A DNA stretch of 63,103 bases. Source: Basidiobolus meristosporus CBS 931.73. Taxonomy: Eukaryota > Fungi > Basidiobolomycota. This document shows positions 12,723-24,631 of this stretch, in pieces. The notes below the pieces were generated by a model. The model ran no database searches, had not been told where the DNA came from, and was given only the letters and a program-made list of their open reading frames with translations. Position 1 is the stretch's first letter, and each line of letters begins with the position of its first letter. The stretch spans positions 1 to 63,103 of the forward strand of contig MCFE01000519.1 of assembly GCA_002104905.1 (NCBI GenBank), read 5' to 3'. A program made the position numbers and the translations under genes.

Positions 12723-14225
12723 TTATAAGGAGTATTTCATGTCGGACTCATTGAAACCAACAGTGGGGAATTGGCGAGAGAAGGCAATCACATCCTCCTT
12801 GAGCTTGGTCACCTCGGGGATATGCGAGCCATCACCAACATAGGCCTTGAAGTCCTTCAGCTTGGAGCCTCCGGCCTTCTTGTCAGCCTCAGCTGCAATG
12901 TTGACAGCACGGTCGATGAACTCGGCGATCTTCTCGAAGTCAGCCTCGTTGAGGCCGCGGGAGGTCATGGCGGGGGTGCCGACACGAAGACCACTGGGCA
13001 CAAGGGCGCTCTTGTCTCCTGGGACTGTGTTCTTGTTGGCAGAGATGTTGACAAGCTCGAGGATACGCTCGACACGGGAGCCATCGACGCCACGAGGGCG
13101 GAGGTCCACCAAGACAAGGTGGTTGTCGGTACCGCCAGAGACTAGCTCAAAACCACGGGAGAGGAAGCCCTTGGCGAAGGCTTGGCAGTTGGACAACACT
13201 TGCTCTTGGTATTGACGGAACAGTGGGTTCTTGGTTTGCTTCAAGGCAACGGCCAACGCAGTGATGGTGTGGTTGTGAGGTCCACCTTGGTGACCAGGGA
13301 AGACGGATTGGTTGATGGGGTTCTCCAAGTTGTAGAGGACCTCCTCACCCTTCTTGTTCACCTTGCGGACACCCTTGCGGAAGAAGATGATGGCTCCACG
13401 AGGACCACGGAGAGACTTGTGAGTGGTGGTGGTGACAATGTCAGCATGCTCGAATGGACCGGGAAGAACTCCGGCAGCCACAAGGCCAGAGATGTGGGCC
13501 ATATCAGCCATCAGGTAGGCATTCACCTTGTCAGCGATCTTTCTCATGCGAGCATAGTCGATGTTACGAGCATAGGCAGAGGTACCGGCAACAATCACCT
13601 TGGGTCTGTACAAGACGGCGTTCTTCTCCAAGGCATCGTAGTCAATGAGACCAGTGGTCTCATCGAGACGGTATGGGAGCGACTCGAAGTATGCGCTGGT
13701 GGCTGAGATCTTCTTGGTGTCGGTTTGGAAACCGTGGGACAAGTGACCACCATGGGTCAAGTCAAGTCCCATGAGGCGGTCGTGGGGCTTCATGATAGCA
13801 GAGTAGACGTACAAGTTGGCAGGAGCACCGGAGAGGGACTGGACATTGACACCCCACTTGGCTGGGTCAAGGTTGAAAGCCTCCAAGGCTCTCTTTTGGC
13901 ACAAGTTCTCGGACATATCGATGAACTCGTTACCACCATAGTAGCGGGCACCGGGGTAACCCTCAGAGTACTTGTTCTGCATCACGGAGCCAAGGGCATC
14001 CATGACGGAGCGAGAGGTGGAGTTCTCAGAGGGAATGAGGCAGATACCATCACGTTGTCTGGTCTTCTCCTTCTCAATGATATCGAAAATCTCGGGGTCA
14101 ACCTCAGTCAAAGGAGCATTGAGGAGGTCCTTCTGCTTGGCAACGAAAGACATAGCCCTCAAGGGCACGCGAGAAGCGACAGCAGACACAGAGGCGGTTC
14201 TCAAAGCACGAGTAATAGCAAACAT
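12723..14225 (-). CDS. SHM1: Mitochondrial serine hydroxymethyltransferase, copy A (intronless, 500 aa)
   Basis: [22 protein letters not shown] and [13 protein letters not shown] (PLP lysine) motifs; transit peptide [12 protein letters not shown]; ATG at 14225. Confidence 0.97.
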   Translation of the reverse strand: MFAITRALRTASVSAVASRVPLRAMSFVAKQKDLLNAPLTEVDPEIFDIIEKEKTRQRDGICLIPSENSTSRSVMDALGSVMQNKYSEGYPGARYYGGNEFIDMSENLCQKRALEAFNLDPAKWGVNVQSLSGAPANLYVYSAIMKPHDRLMGLDLTHGGHLSHGFQTDTKKISATSAYFESLPYRLDETTGLIDYDALEKNAVLYRPKVIVAGTSAYARNIDYARMRKIADKVNAYLMADMAHISGLVAAGVLPGPFEHADIVTTTTHKSLRGPRGAIIFFRKGVRKVNKKGEEVLYNLENPINQSVFPGHQGGPHNHTITALAVALKQTKNPLFRQYQEQVLSNCQAFAKGFLSRGFELVSGGTDNHLVLVDLRPRGVDGSRVERILELVNISANKNTVPGDKSALVPSGLRVGTPAMTSRGLNEADFEKIAEFIDRAVNIAAEADKKAGGSKLKDFKAYVGDGSHIPEVTKLKEDVIAFSRQFPTVGFNESDMKYSL

Positions 14226-14674
14226 TTTGGAAGAAACACCAGTAACTTGTGACACCGATGAACACACTGACGAGGCTAGTCCAGGCTTATAAATAAAAAG
14301 CGAAAACCAAATCTGTTAAGATCAAGATGCGATGATTATGGTGTGAAATCATCTCGAGATGCTGATATAAATCGAGTTACACTTCAGTGTTCTCAGTGAT
14401 CGAAGTAACAATGCATTGAAATTGAAACTATTCATGAGAACAAGTAATCAGAATGATCACCGGTGTTGGAATTATGTGCTAGATAATCTCAATCAATCTA
14501 GTACTGGTTCATCCATGATATGTCTTTGTATACAGTTAGATACGTAATATCAATCTAGAGCTGGTGTGATGTGTAAAATGCTTCAGGAATAGATTTATTC
14601 GATGGATTGAGGAGGTTGAGTATTTATGTGAATTATGTTCAATTGTAGGTTGGTAAACAGATAATGCACGACTA

Positions 14675-16177
14675 TTATAGGGCATACTTCATTTCTGATT
14701 CATTGAAACCAACAGTGGGGAATTGGCGAGAGAAGGCAATCACATCCTCCTTGAGCTTGGTCACCTCGGGGATATGCGAGCCATCACCAACATAGGCCTT
14801 GAAGTCCTTCAGCTTGGAGCCTCCGGCCTTCTTGTCAGCCTCAGCTGCAATGTTGACAGCACGGTCGATGAACTCGGCGATCTTCTCGAAGTCAGCCTCG
14901 TTGAGGCCGCGGGAGGTCATGGCGGGGGTACCGACACGAAGACCACTGGGCACAAGGGCGCTCTTGTCTCCTGGGACTGTGTTTTTGTTGGCAGAGATGT
15001 TGACAAGCTCGAGGATACGCTCGACACGGGAGCCATCGACGCCACGAGGGCGGAGGTCCACCAAGACAAGGTGGTTGTCGGTACCGCCAGAGACTAGCTC
15101 AAAGCCACGGGAGAGGAAGCCCTTGGCGAAGGCTTGGCAGTTGGACAACACTTGCTCTTGGTATTGACGGAACAGCGGGTTCTTGGTTTGCTTCAAGGCA
15201 ACGGCCAATGCAGTGATGGTGTGGTTGTGAGGTCCACCTTGATGACCAGGGAAGACGGATTGGTTGATGGGGTTCTCCAAGTTGTAGAGGACCTCCTCAC
15301 CCTTCTTGTTCACCTTGCGGACACCCTTGCGGAAGAAGATGATGGCTCCACGAGGACCACGCAGAGACTTGTGAGTGGTGGTGGTGACAATGTCAGCATG
15401 CTCGAATGGACCGGGAAGAACTCCGGCAGCAACAAGGCCGGAGATGTGGGCCATATCAGCCATCAGGTAGGCATTCACCTTGTCAGCGATATTTCTCATG
15501 CGAGCATAGTCGATGTTACGAGCATAGGCAGAGGTACCGGCAATAATCACCTTGGGTCTGTACAAGACGGCGTTCTTCTCCAAGGCATCGTAGTCAATGA
15601 GACCAGTGGTCTCATCGAGACGGTATGGGAGCGACTCGAAGTAGGCGCTGGTGGCTGAGATCTTCTTGGTGTCAGTTTGGAAACCGTGGGACAAGTGGCC
15701 ACCATGGGTCAAGTCAAGTCCCATGAGGCGGTCGTGGGGCTTCATGATAGCAGAGTAGACGTACAAGTTGGCAGGAGCACCGGAGAGGGACTGGACATTG
15801 ACACCCCACTTGGCTGGGTCAAGGTTGAAAGCCTCCAAGGCTCTCTTTTGGCACAATTTCTCGGACATATCAATGAACTCGTTACCGCCATAGTAGCGGG
15901 CACCGGGGTAACCCTCAGAGTACTTGTTCTGCATCACGGAGCCAAGGGCATCCATGACGGAGCGAGAGGTGAAGTTCTCAGAGGGAATAAGACAGATGCC
16001 ATCCCGCTGTCTGGCTTTCTCTTTTTCAATAATGTCAAAGACTTCGGGATCAACAGTATCCAAATGGGCGTTCAACAACTCCCTTTGCTTAGCGGCATAA
16101 GACAAAGAGCGGAAAGGCACACGAGCGGCAACAGCGGAAACGGAGGCGGTTCTCAAAGCGCGAGAGAGGGCGAACAT
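14675..16177 (-). CDS. SHM1: Mitochondrial serine hydroxymethyltransferase, copy B (intronless, 500 aa)
   Basis: Same motifs; diverged N-terminus [12 protein letters not shown]; ATG at 16177; canonical SENFTS. Confidence 0.97.
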   Translation of the reverse strand: MFALSRALRTASVSAVAARVPFRSLSYAAKQRELLNAHLDTVDPEVFDIIEKEKARQRDGICLIPSENFTSRSVMDALGSVMQNKYSEGYPGARYYGGNEFIDMSEKLCQKRALEAFNLDPAKWGVNVQSLSGAPANLYVYSAIMKPHDRLMGLDLTHGGHLSHGFQTDTKKISATSAYFESLPYRLDETTGLIDYDALEKNAVLYRPKVIIAGTSAYARNIDYARMRNIADKVNAYLMADMAHISGLVAAGVLPGPFEHADIVTTTTHKSLRGPRGAIIFFRKGVRKVNKKGEEVLYNLENPINQSVFPGHQGGPHNHTITALAVALKQTKNPLFRQYQEQVLSNCQAFAKGFLSRGFELVSGGTDNHLVLVDLRPRGVDGSRVERILELVNISANKNTVPGDKSALVPSGLRVGTPAMTSRGLNEADFEKIAEFIDRAVNIAAEADKKAGGSKLKDFKAYVGDGSHIPEVTKLKEDVIAFSRQFPTVGFNESEMKYAL

Positions 16178-16654
16178 ATTTTCAGAGCTGTGAAGTGAAG
16201 GTTGGAGCACAGGCAGGTGGGGAGGAAATTCTTGACATTTTGATACTTGTAAAGTGTTGACTCGGTGGAAGGAATTCTTCTCTGATTGCACTGTGTTTCG
16301 TACATTTCTTATGCTGCACCAACTCCAAACTGAGACCCTTTCCTTATAAAATCAAAAACTGGACAATTGATTTGTACCAATTAGTATGAGATCCTGTCAA
16401 TTTCAAATCTTTTAATATCCTGCTATAACAAAATCGCTGATTGATACCATATTGTCTGCTAGCATCCCCATAAATTAAGCCACTTCTCGGATTGAGGTAA
16501 CAATGACTAGGATTGACGCATCACAGCCAGTAGTTACAAGCGTCGGAGTTCTGTCAAAATTATGATTTATTCATCGATGCTTGGATATATGCGTTACAGA
16601 TGCCTTGATTTAAATGCGGAAATAGAGGGATTACTTCTATGTCGGTATATCAAT

Positions 16655-18157
16655 TTACAATGAGTATTTCATGTCAGACTCATTGAAACCAACAGTGGGG
16701 AATTGGCGAGAGAAGGCAATCACATCCTCCTTGAGCTTGGTCACCTCGGGGATATGCGAGCCATCACCAACATAGGCCTTGAAGTCCTTCAGCTTGGAGC
16801 CTCCGGCCTTCTTGTCAGCCTCAGCTGCAATGTTGACAGCACGGTCGATGAACTCGGCGATCTTCTCGAAGTCAGCCTCGTTGAGGCCGCGGGAGGTCAT
16901 GGCGGGGGTGCCGACACGAAGACCACTGGGCACAAGGGCGCTCTTGTCTCCTGGGACTGTGTTCTTGTTGGCAGAGATGTTGACAAGCTCGAGGATACGC
17001 TCGACACGGGAGCCATCGACGCCACGAGGGCGGAGGTCCACCAAGACAAGGTGGTTGTCGGTACCGCCAGAGACTAGCTCAAAGCCACGGGAGAGGAAGC
17101 CCTTGGCGAAGGCTTGGCAGTTGGACAACACTTGCTCTTGGTATTGACGGAACAGCGGGTTCTTGGTTTGCTTCAAGGCAACGGCCAACGCAGTGATGGT
17201 GTGGTTGTGAGGTCCACCTTGGTGACCAGGGAAGACGGATTGGTTGATGGGGTTCTCCAAGTTGTAGAGGACCTCCTCACCCTTCTTGTTCACCTTGCGG
17301 ACACCCTTGCGGAAGAAGATGATGGCTCCACGAGGACCACGCAGAGACTTGTGAGTGGTGGTGGTGACAATGTCAGCATGCTCGAATGGACCGGGAAGAA
17401 CTCCGGCAGCAACAAGGCCGGAGATGTGGGCCATATCAGCCATCAAGTAGGCATTCACCTTGTCAGCGATCTTTCTCATGCGAGCATAGTCGATGTTACG
17501 AGCATAGGCAGAGGTACCGGCAACAATCACCTTGGGTCTGTACAAGACGGCGTTCTTCTCCAAGGCATCGTAGTCAATGAGACCAGTGGTCTCATCGAGA
17601 CGGTATGGGAGCGACTCGAAGTAGGCGCTGGTGGCTGAGATCTTCTTGGTGTCAGTTTGGAAACCGTGGGACAAGTGACCACCATGGGTCAAGTCAAGTC
17701 CCATGAGGCGGTCGTGGGGCTTCATGATAGCAGAGTAGACGTACAAGTTGGCAGGAGCACCGGAGAGGGACTGGACATTGACACCCCACTTGGCTGGGTC
17801 AAGGTTGAAAGCCTCCAAGGCTCTCTTTTGGCACAAGTTCTCGGACATATCGATGAACTCGTTACCACCATAGTAGCGGGCACCGGGGTAACCCTCAGAG
17901 TACTTGTTCTGCATCACGGAGCCAAGGGCATCCATGACGGAGCGAGAGGTGGAGTTCTCAGAGGGAATGAGGCAGATACCATCACGTTGTCTGGTCTTCT
18001 CCTTCTCAATGATATCGAAAATCTCGGGGTCAACCTCAGTCAAAGGAGCATTGAGGAGGTCCTTCTGCTTGGCAACGAAAGACATAGCCCTCAAGGGCAC
18101 GCGAGAAGCGACAGCAGACACAGAGGCGGTTCTCAAAGCACGAGTGATAGCGAACAT
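16655..18157 (-). CDS. SHM1: Mitochondrial serine hydroxymethyltransferase, copy C (intronless, 500 aa)
   Basis: Translation in the ORF track reads the same as copy A over 500 aa. Confidence 0.97.
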   Translation of the reverse strand: MFAITRALRTASVSAVASRVPLRAMSFVAKQKDLLNAPLTEVDPEIFDIIEKEKTRQRDGICLIPSENSTSRSVMDALGSVMQNKYSEGYPGARYYGGNEFIDMSENLCQKRALEAFNLDPAKWGVNVQSLSGAPANLYVYSAIMKPHDRLMGLDLTHGGHLSHGFQTDTKKISATSAYFESLPYRLDETTGLIDYDALEKNAVLYRPKVIVAGTSAYARNIDYARMRKIADKVNAYLMADMAHISGLVAAGVLPGPFEHADIVTTTTHKSLRGPRGAIIFFRKGVRKVNKKGEEVLYNLENPINQSVFPGHQGGPHNHTITALAVALKQTKNPLFRQYQEQVLSNCQAFAKGFLSRGFELVSGGTDNHLVLVDLRPRGVDGSRVERILELVNISANKNTVPGDKSALVPSGLRVGTPAMTSRGLNEADFEKIAEFIDRAVNIAAEADKKAGGSKLKDFKAYVGDGSHIPEVTKLKEDVIAFSRQFPTVGFNESDMKYSL

Positions 18158-18948
18158 GTTAGTTATGAGAGAGCTAGGTAATCAAACGAAAGCAGCACCA
18201 GTACTATCTCAAGTAGTAACCCATTCGCGGTTTATAAATACAACTTGGTTTGACTCGGTGGAAAGATCAAGATGCGATTGTCATATATGTGAAACGTAAC
18301 AATGCTCAGTATTTGGTTTTGTGTGCTACACTGTAGATATATTGTGGTTACTATAGTCTTAAATATCAGTAAACAAGGCCAATCTGTTTTTGTCATTTGA
18401 GTGGACTTAAGTGTTAACTCAACTGAGAGATAATCAGTCAAATCCTGATGATCGTGGCGCTCAATTTCCCTGATGATAATCTTATCTAGGAGATCTAACT
18501 AGTAAAGGCAAGCTTAGTCAACTTTGTTCAATTCCTACATACTTGAGCACTTTGGTGATGCAAATCACCTCAAGAGAAGTAAGGTTGAGTGGGGAAGCAA
18601 ATAACCTCAGGTAATGACCCAATACTGCATTATAAGCACCAGTAGAATCAAACCTGTTTCACTCAATCTACCAACATTGGCCTTGACATTCAAGCCACGG
18701 AAAGTTGTTAGTCAGGGCCCTGGTACGTGGCCACGAGTAGGAGTTTGAACACAGTTACTGGGAATGGTAATCCGTGAACCACCTCGACCCAACCATCACC
18801 AGCCCGATGTAAGCAAGAGCAGCCTTTGGTGATCGGAATATTGCTACCTGCCCAATCAACACCCCTCTCAGGGCGATGGGAAAACAAACGGTCAGTATAA
18901 AACGAAGCGGTGCCGATCGTGACCAAACACTCCCTTAGAACACTCGTG

Positions 18949-19654
18949 ATGGGCCGCAAAAAGATCAAAATCCAAACGATCAGCAACGATCGCCAGAGGA
19001 ATGTCACTTTCGCCCGTCGCCGCTGCGGGTTGATCAAGAAAGCTCACGAGCTGGCGGTGCTATGTGAAAGCAAGGTTGCCCTTCTTATGTTCGACGCCAA
19101 GGACACGTGCCATTTCGTAAGTGCATACGATACTTTCACTGAGGACAACTGACTAACGCTAGCTGCAGTATTCATCGGAGAAAGACCACGATGAGTTGAT
19201 CCGAAAGTACTACTACAAAGATTTCCGCACGCTGACCAGAAGATCCCAAGATTCCTCAAAGTATAGTCATCGCGCTGCTGCAGTCATCCATCAATACACG
19301 ATCACCACTGACGGCGACGGCTCCGAACATCTTCACGTAAGGCAAGCAAGGAATTTCCATAATCTTCCCGCCCCACTGGAAAAGCCATCATCAGAGCTTT
19401 CTCACTACTCAAGTGAGCCGACCACACCAATAGAGTGCTCGTATCCACAGCAGCAGCTTTTCGAGAGCCCATACTACTCTGAGCTCCTTCAACCAGATCG
19501 ACTGGATTCCACTAATGAAGTGGCCTCTCTAGACTCGCAAATCCCCCTTGCAGATTATACAGTTAGCAGTGATAGGCTCATTCCGGCCGAGTCTGTGTTT
19601 CCATTCGATGTCAGCTTAGGATATCAATTACCGTTCACAAATATTTGGAGCTGA
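18949..19654 (+). CDS. MADS-box transcription factor (MEF2/Rlm1-type), 2 exons
   Basis: MGRKKIKIQTISNDRQRNVTFARRRCGLIKKAHELAVLCESKVALLMFD; intron ~19117-19169; exon 2 YSSEKDHDELIRKYYY... Confidence 0.92.
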
Positions 19655-20888
19655 GATGGAGATGGTTCTACGGCTCATCTGTATATTTTGATGACTTCCA
19701 TGTAGTATGATTTGTTTCTAAAGTGTTCATAAACAGATACGTAGTCCCAGCCAATGATGTGTGATTGTGGGGATAATAACAAGAGCAGACGAATCGTGAT
19801 CAATCCATTCTATAACGAGCGGCTTTAATCAAGAATTCATGCCGTAACTAATGACTTTAATCAAGAGCTGACTGTCGCATGCCATGATTCATGGAGATTT
19901 TTGCTTAGATTTTGAAAAGCCACAATTACTATCGTGTACGTTTCAAGAAGCTTACGCTCTACCAATTCATCTGAAAGCACTTTACACAAGTCCCGCACAT
20001 TATGAACTTCGTCACCGATTTCGCACGTGAAGTTGATCTATCACGGTTGCTTGGTATGCATTCGGTAGGCATTTGTTTACTTGGGGTTGGCTACCTGCCT
20101 CGTTCCTATCTCATATTCCAACTTACACAGATTTTCCTTCGATAAAAGACTTTAGGCCTCCTTGCTTGCATGTCCGATGCCCCCAGTTACAATCTGCCCA
20201 TTTATTTGTTCGGTATGTGGGCCTACCAAGACCATCAAGCGACAGGCTCAATGAAATTGGTAAGTAACCCGTCGTAGGAGCATCCAGAGAATAGAATCCG
20301 ACCATTAAGAACGGGTTTCTTGCAGTTCACTTTTATGCTGGCGGGCTCTTTAGTCTTGGATATATTATATCTTATCAAACATGAATGGACTTGGTTTGCT
20401 TTGTAAGTGTTACTGTAAGATAAGTTGGGATCTCCTTTTCGAGTGTTGACCTCTATTGGATTGTTCTATCATTAGGTTTACTATCCTCAGTTTGGCCTTA
20501 AAGGTAAACTTACTTTGGCTCTTCGCTCTTTACGTCAAGTGAACTCACAAGCCTTCGATAGCCTATCACCATCCTTTCTTCTACCCAAAACCTTCAAATC
20601 CGAGGGGACCCTGTAGATACTTCAAGTACGTACATCTCTCCTAGTTTTGCTTCCACCTTTTTCATACTCATGGGGGTTCAAACACGTAGACTGGGCTTCT
20701 AACATCCCTGGCGTGAGTGCTAAGCCGAACAACAATAGTGCTTACGAGGAGCTCTAATCTGATTGTAACCATTTCTGTGACATTAATTCATTGGCAATCT
20801 TGCACCTTTTCCATATCAACTGCACTGAATAAACTACTGCTCCGAGTCGATTCGAAAACATCCAACGGGTTTATTAGGGATTGGTCAT

Positions 20889-21281
20889 TTATGTGGTGGC
20901 TACCTTACTTTTAGCATACTCGGCCAACGCATCGGTGCTGCGAGGACCGGTATATTCCTCCACAAAGACCCCTTTGCGGTACAGATTGATTGTGGGATAT
21001 CCGTTGACCTTGTTTTGATCACAGAGGGAACCATACAGCGTGCAATCCACCTCGCCTATGTGGAAATTCTGGGATTGCAGTGATTGGAGATTCTCGGCGG
21101 AGAATTGCTGCCACACTGGCGCCAGTCGCTTGCAGTAACCGCAAGTGGGCGAGAAGAATTTGATCAGCCAAGTGCCATTGTCAACATTGGCAGCGAAATT
21201 CTGGCTGTTCAAGACCGAGTCCTGACCCTGAGCAAAGGCAGCGAAGTACAGGAAAATGACAGAGGCAAAGAGGGATTTCAT
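20889..21281 (-). CDS. Signal-peptide single-domain PDI-type thioredoxin, CGYC active site
   Basis: Hydrophobic leader, WLIKFFSPTCGYCKRLAPVW, GEVDCT and cis-Pro GYPTI motifs; no HDEL/KDEL. Confidence 0.9.
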   Translation of the reverse strand: MKSLFASVIFLYFAAFAQGQDSVLNSQNFAANVDNGTWLIKFFSPTCGYCKRLAPVWQQFSAENLQSLQSQNFHIGEVDCTLYGSLCDQNKVNGYPTINLYRKGVFVEEYTGPRSTDALAEYAKSKVATT

Positions 21282-21458
21282 TTTATTTGATCTCGGGGCT
21301 AGTCCTGATATTTATATATTTTGGCAAGTTCAGTTCATGGTTAATATTAGGTCTTTCCTTGACTCCAGCGGTACTTGAAATATGCTTTTGCATATATTCA
21401 TAGACGATAACACTTGCGCTTAATTATTCTAAACAAACAATTTCGATCGATTGGAGAT

Positions 21459-21842
21459 TCATGCTTTATTTTTAGCATACTCAGTCAATGCTTCAGTGCT
21501 GCGAGATCCGATGTACTCCTCCACAAAGACCCCTTTACGGTACAAGTTGATAGTGGGATACCCATCGACCTTATTCTCATCACAGAGTGAGCCATATTTA
21601 GTGCAGTCCACCTCACCTATGTGGAAGTTCTTGGTTTGTAGTAATTGGAGACTCTCCTTGGTAAATTGTTCCCATACTGGCGCCAATTTCTTGGAATAAC
21701 CACAGGTAGGCGAAAAGAATTTGATCAGCCAGGTGCCATTGTCGACCTCGGTGGCGAAGTTCTGGGCGTTTAAGATAAGATCTTGACCATGAATAGTTGC
21801 GGCAAGAAGGGTCAAAATGGCAGAGACAGTGGGGGATTTCAT
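21459..21842 (-). CDS. Paralogous signal-peptide thioredoxin, CGYS (monothiol) site
   Basis: ATG 21842 MKSPTVSAILTLLAATIHG; WLIKFFSPTCGYSKKLAPVW; no ER-retention signal. Confidence 0.88.
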   Translation of the reverse strand: MKSPTVSAILTLLAATIHGQDLILNAQNFATEVDNGTWLIKFFSPTCGYSKKLAPVWEQFTKESLQLLQTKNFHIGEVDCTKYGSLCDENKVDGYPTINLYRKGVFVEEYIGSRSTEALTEYAKNKA

Positions 21843-22396
21843 CGTGAGCTTTTTGGAACTCTTTGGATCGTTATCAGTATATTTATAGTTCAGCAGGAGC
21901 AATTTTAGGCCCATAAACCGACTCTCTCAGCCTCATTGTTGTCTTCTACATTACATAAAGCCATTCACACACCACTGCTGGCTAGTTCGCATTAAATATA
22001 ACCATTCATTCCCTGAACCTACTTGTGATTGGAATGCTGATGAGAGTAAAAGCTAGATTTAGCATCATTACCAGAGTAGATTCCGTCCATTTGCTAATCT
22101 TATATCAATGCGGGTTGATTTTAGTATTCACCACGAGGCATTGCTGTATCAACGGAGCACAGTCACGAAATTAGACTCTGAAGCATCGCTAACGACCACC
22201 AAATTGTCTGGATGCTGATTCGTGTGTAATTGTCACGGTTACAGCTTGATACACCTATCACTTTATACACCGAGAGAAAAGGGCACTTTTCTCATCGACA
22301 ACCAGTAGATGTATTTCCATATCAAAATAATACTTTATTGGGTTGACTTGAGATCCCACATTAGAACTGTTAGTTGACAACCTCGCGTTACGATGA

Positions 22397-24049
22397 TCAG
22401 CAAGCCCCGAGGTCAGTCCAAACATTTTGACTGTTGTTGCCTGGGGTATCATTCTGAGTCCACCACTTGGCTTGCCAGAGGTGTGCCTTGTACACTGCCT
22501 TTTGTGCTCCATTGTACGCGGTGGATGCGTTCCAATCAGCAACGCCGTTGCAAATCCCGGGAACTGAGGTGGGGCTGGGTGATCCAGAGGTAGTGGAAAC
22601 ACTGGAGGTAACAGATGGGACAGTTGAGGTCTTGCTGGTGATGGTCGTGGTTGGTTGCACAGTGGATGTGGGTACTGGTGGAACGCTGGGTGATGGGCAT
22701 CCTGAGCCAGTGCAGCGGACTCCTTGCAGGACGTTGAGAAGCTCGTCGTTGGAGTCATGACTCATATCCCAGTACATCACGCCTCGAAGGCCAGATTGTC
22801 TGGTGTGGTCAACCTTGATCTTGAGTGATTGAGGATCGTCGTAGGAGATGAATCGCTTGTCACTGGCTCTGAACAGCCAGGGGGTCTGGGTGGTGTTGTC
22901 CCAGTAACGACTCCAGCCACTGACGGGGGTGGTGGTGCCGGATTGGAGGATGTCACTGCGGATGGACTTCCACTTCCAGATGCCAGAGTAGAACGTCCCT
23001 TCGTTACAGAACGAGTTGGGCTCATTGGCGTCATACGAGTCACCCTTGGGTGTCACGCTATCCTTCGCAGCATACATGTTGCCGGGGTTGGCATTCATGT
23101 CAACAGTGGCAGTGAGGGAGCGGCCATAGAACGGCACTCCCATGACAAGCTTGTTGGCTGGCCACTTGGCCCCGAGCCAATCATTAATGGACTGGCGGAA
23201 AGAGTAGGCATCACCACCCTTCGCAGTATCGTAGTCGAATGGGGCATTTGGGCCAGTGGTGGCCGACCATGATCCCATGATGTCGTAGGCCATGACATTG
23301 ATGAAGTCAAAGTACTGAGCATACGCTGACACATCAGCCATCGGCTTGCCATCCACACCATCGAATGGCTGAACTCTCACGGCAGCGGTCAGCAGCTTGT
23401 GCTCGTTGGGGAACTCGGCATCAAGGGCGGCTCTGAGCTCCTTGAGGAGGATGAGGTAGTTGGCACTGTCGTTCTTGTCAACGATGTTACAGATGGCCGC
23501 ATTTCTGCCAGGATACTCCCAATCGATGTCAATTCCGTCAAGGTCCCAGCCATCTGGGTTCTCATCGTAGTCGGGCTTTGTGTTCTTGCGCACGAACACA
23601 AGTGCATTGTTGATGAACTTCTTGCGCAATGCTGCATCTCGTACAATGGTGGAGAATGTCTGGCTACCTGTCCAGCCACCCAGTGACATCAGTGTCTTGA
23701 CACCCTTTGCACTGGCAAGCTGCTTCAGCTTGCGGATTCTGGTACCATCGTAGTATCTATCAATAGTGATGGCGGTCGGGTCACTGGTCTTCTTGGTTAG
23801 TACTCCGAAGCCTATTCACAGACAAGCGGTTAGTCAAGGACAGATCAACCGAGAAGTCGTCTAAAACCACTGTTTGGACTGACCATAGTTGATGTGGGTG
23901 ACCTTGTCGAGGCTTAGCTGCTCAGGCTCCACCTTACCCCACGGTACATAGTAGCCAACGACCACCTTGTCGTCTGCAGCCTCAATGGCGAAAGGAGCAA
24001 GCAGTAAGGTGGCAGAGATCGTCGAGATCAAGAAGAGTTTGAGTTTCAT
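22397..24049 (-). CDS. Secreted GH18 chitinase with S/T linker and C-terminal CBM5/12-type domain, copy 1 (one intron)
   Basis: Signal peptide, VVGYYVPW, SLGGW, catalytic DGIDIDWEYP, VMAYD, MYWD; C-terminal AWNAST..Y..HLWQAKWWTQ. Confidence 0.95.
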
Positions 24050-24631
24050 TGCAAGCAGTAGATGATGCTTCAGTTGATGAGGACATGAGGACGACCGCTT
24101 GGCTTTATAGTTAAAACGTGGGTAATTCTATTTTGTTACCATTGAATATGGTAAGATCGGCACCAACTCTGGCAAGGAGTAACAAACCAATAAAGCCAAA
24201 TACGGTAGAGGTGTGCAGCTCGTGTAACCCAACAGCCGGGAATCTAAGTTTGAGGAACCCGGACTGTTGCCAAACAAAAGAATAAACTTTGCTGGGTGAA
24301 CTGAAACCGCGGAGGTGCGATCCTCTAGAATATCTATCTGAAAGTAGTATGAATAGCTAGGCGAAATTTTGCTTTGGTGCAGCACTTACTGCCACAGTTA
24401 GCAGCCATCGATTATTTCAAGGCAACTAATTCTCGGTCAAACCACTAAATAAATGAATCTAACTGCTTGGAATAATACCTGATTACAACTATAGTGACTG
24501 TTGCTCAGCAAACATTGGGTTTGAGGGCTATCATCGAAGTACACTGGGAAGCAATCTTTATTTTTCAATATAGCGGCTTCGTAATCAATGTGATATAAAG
24601 CAAAAGTGGTATTGGTGGTAATACTTGGTTA

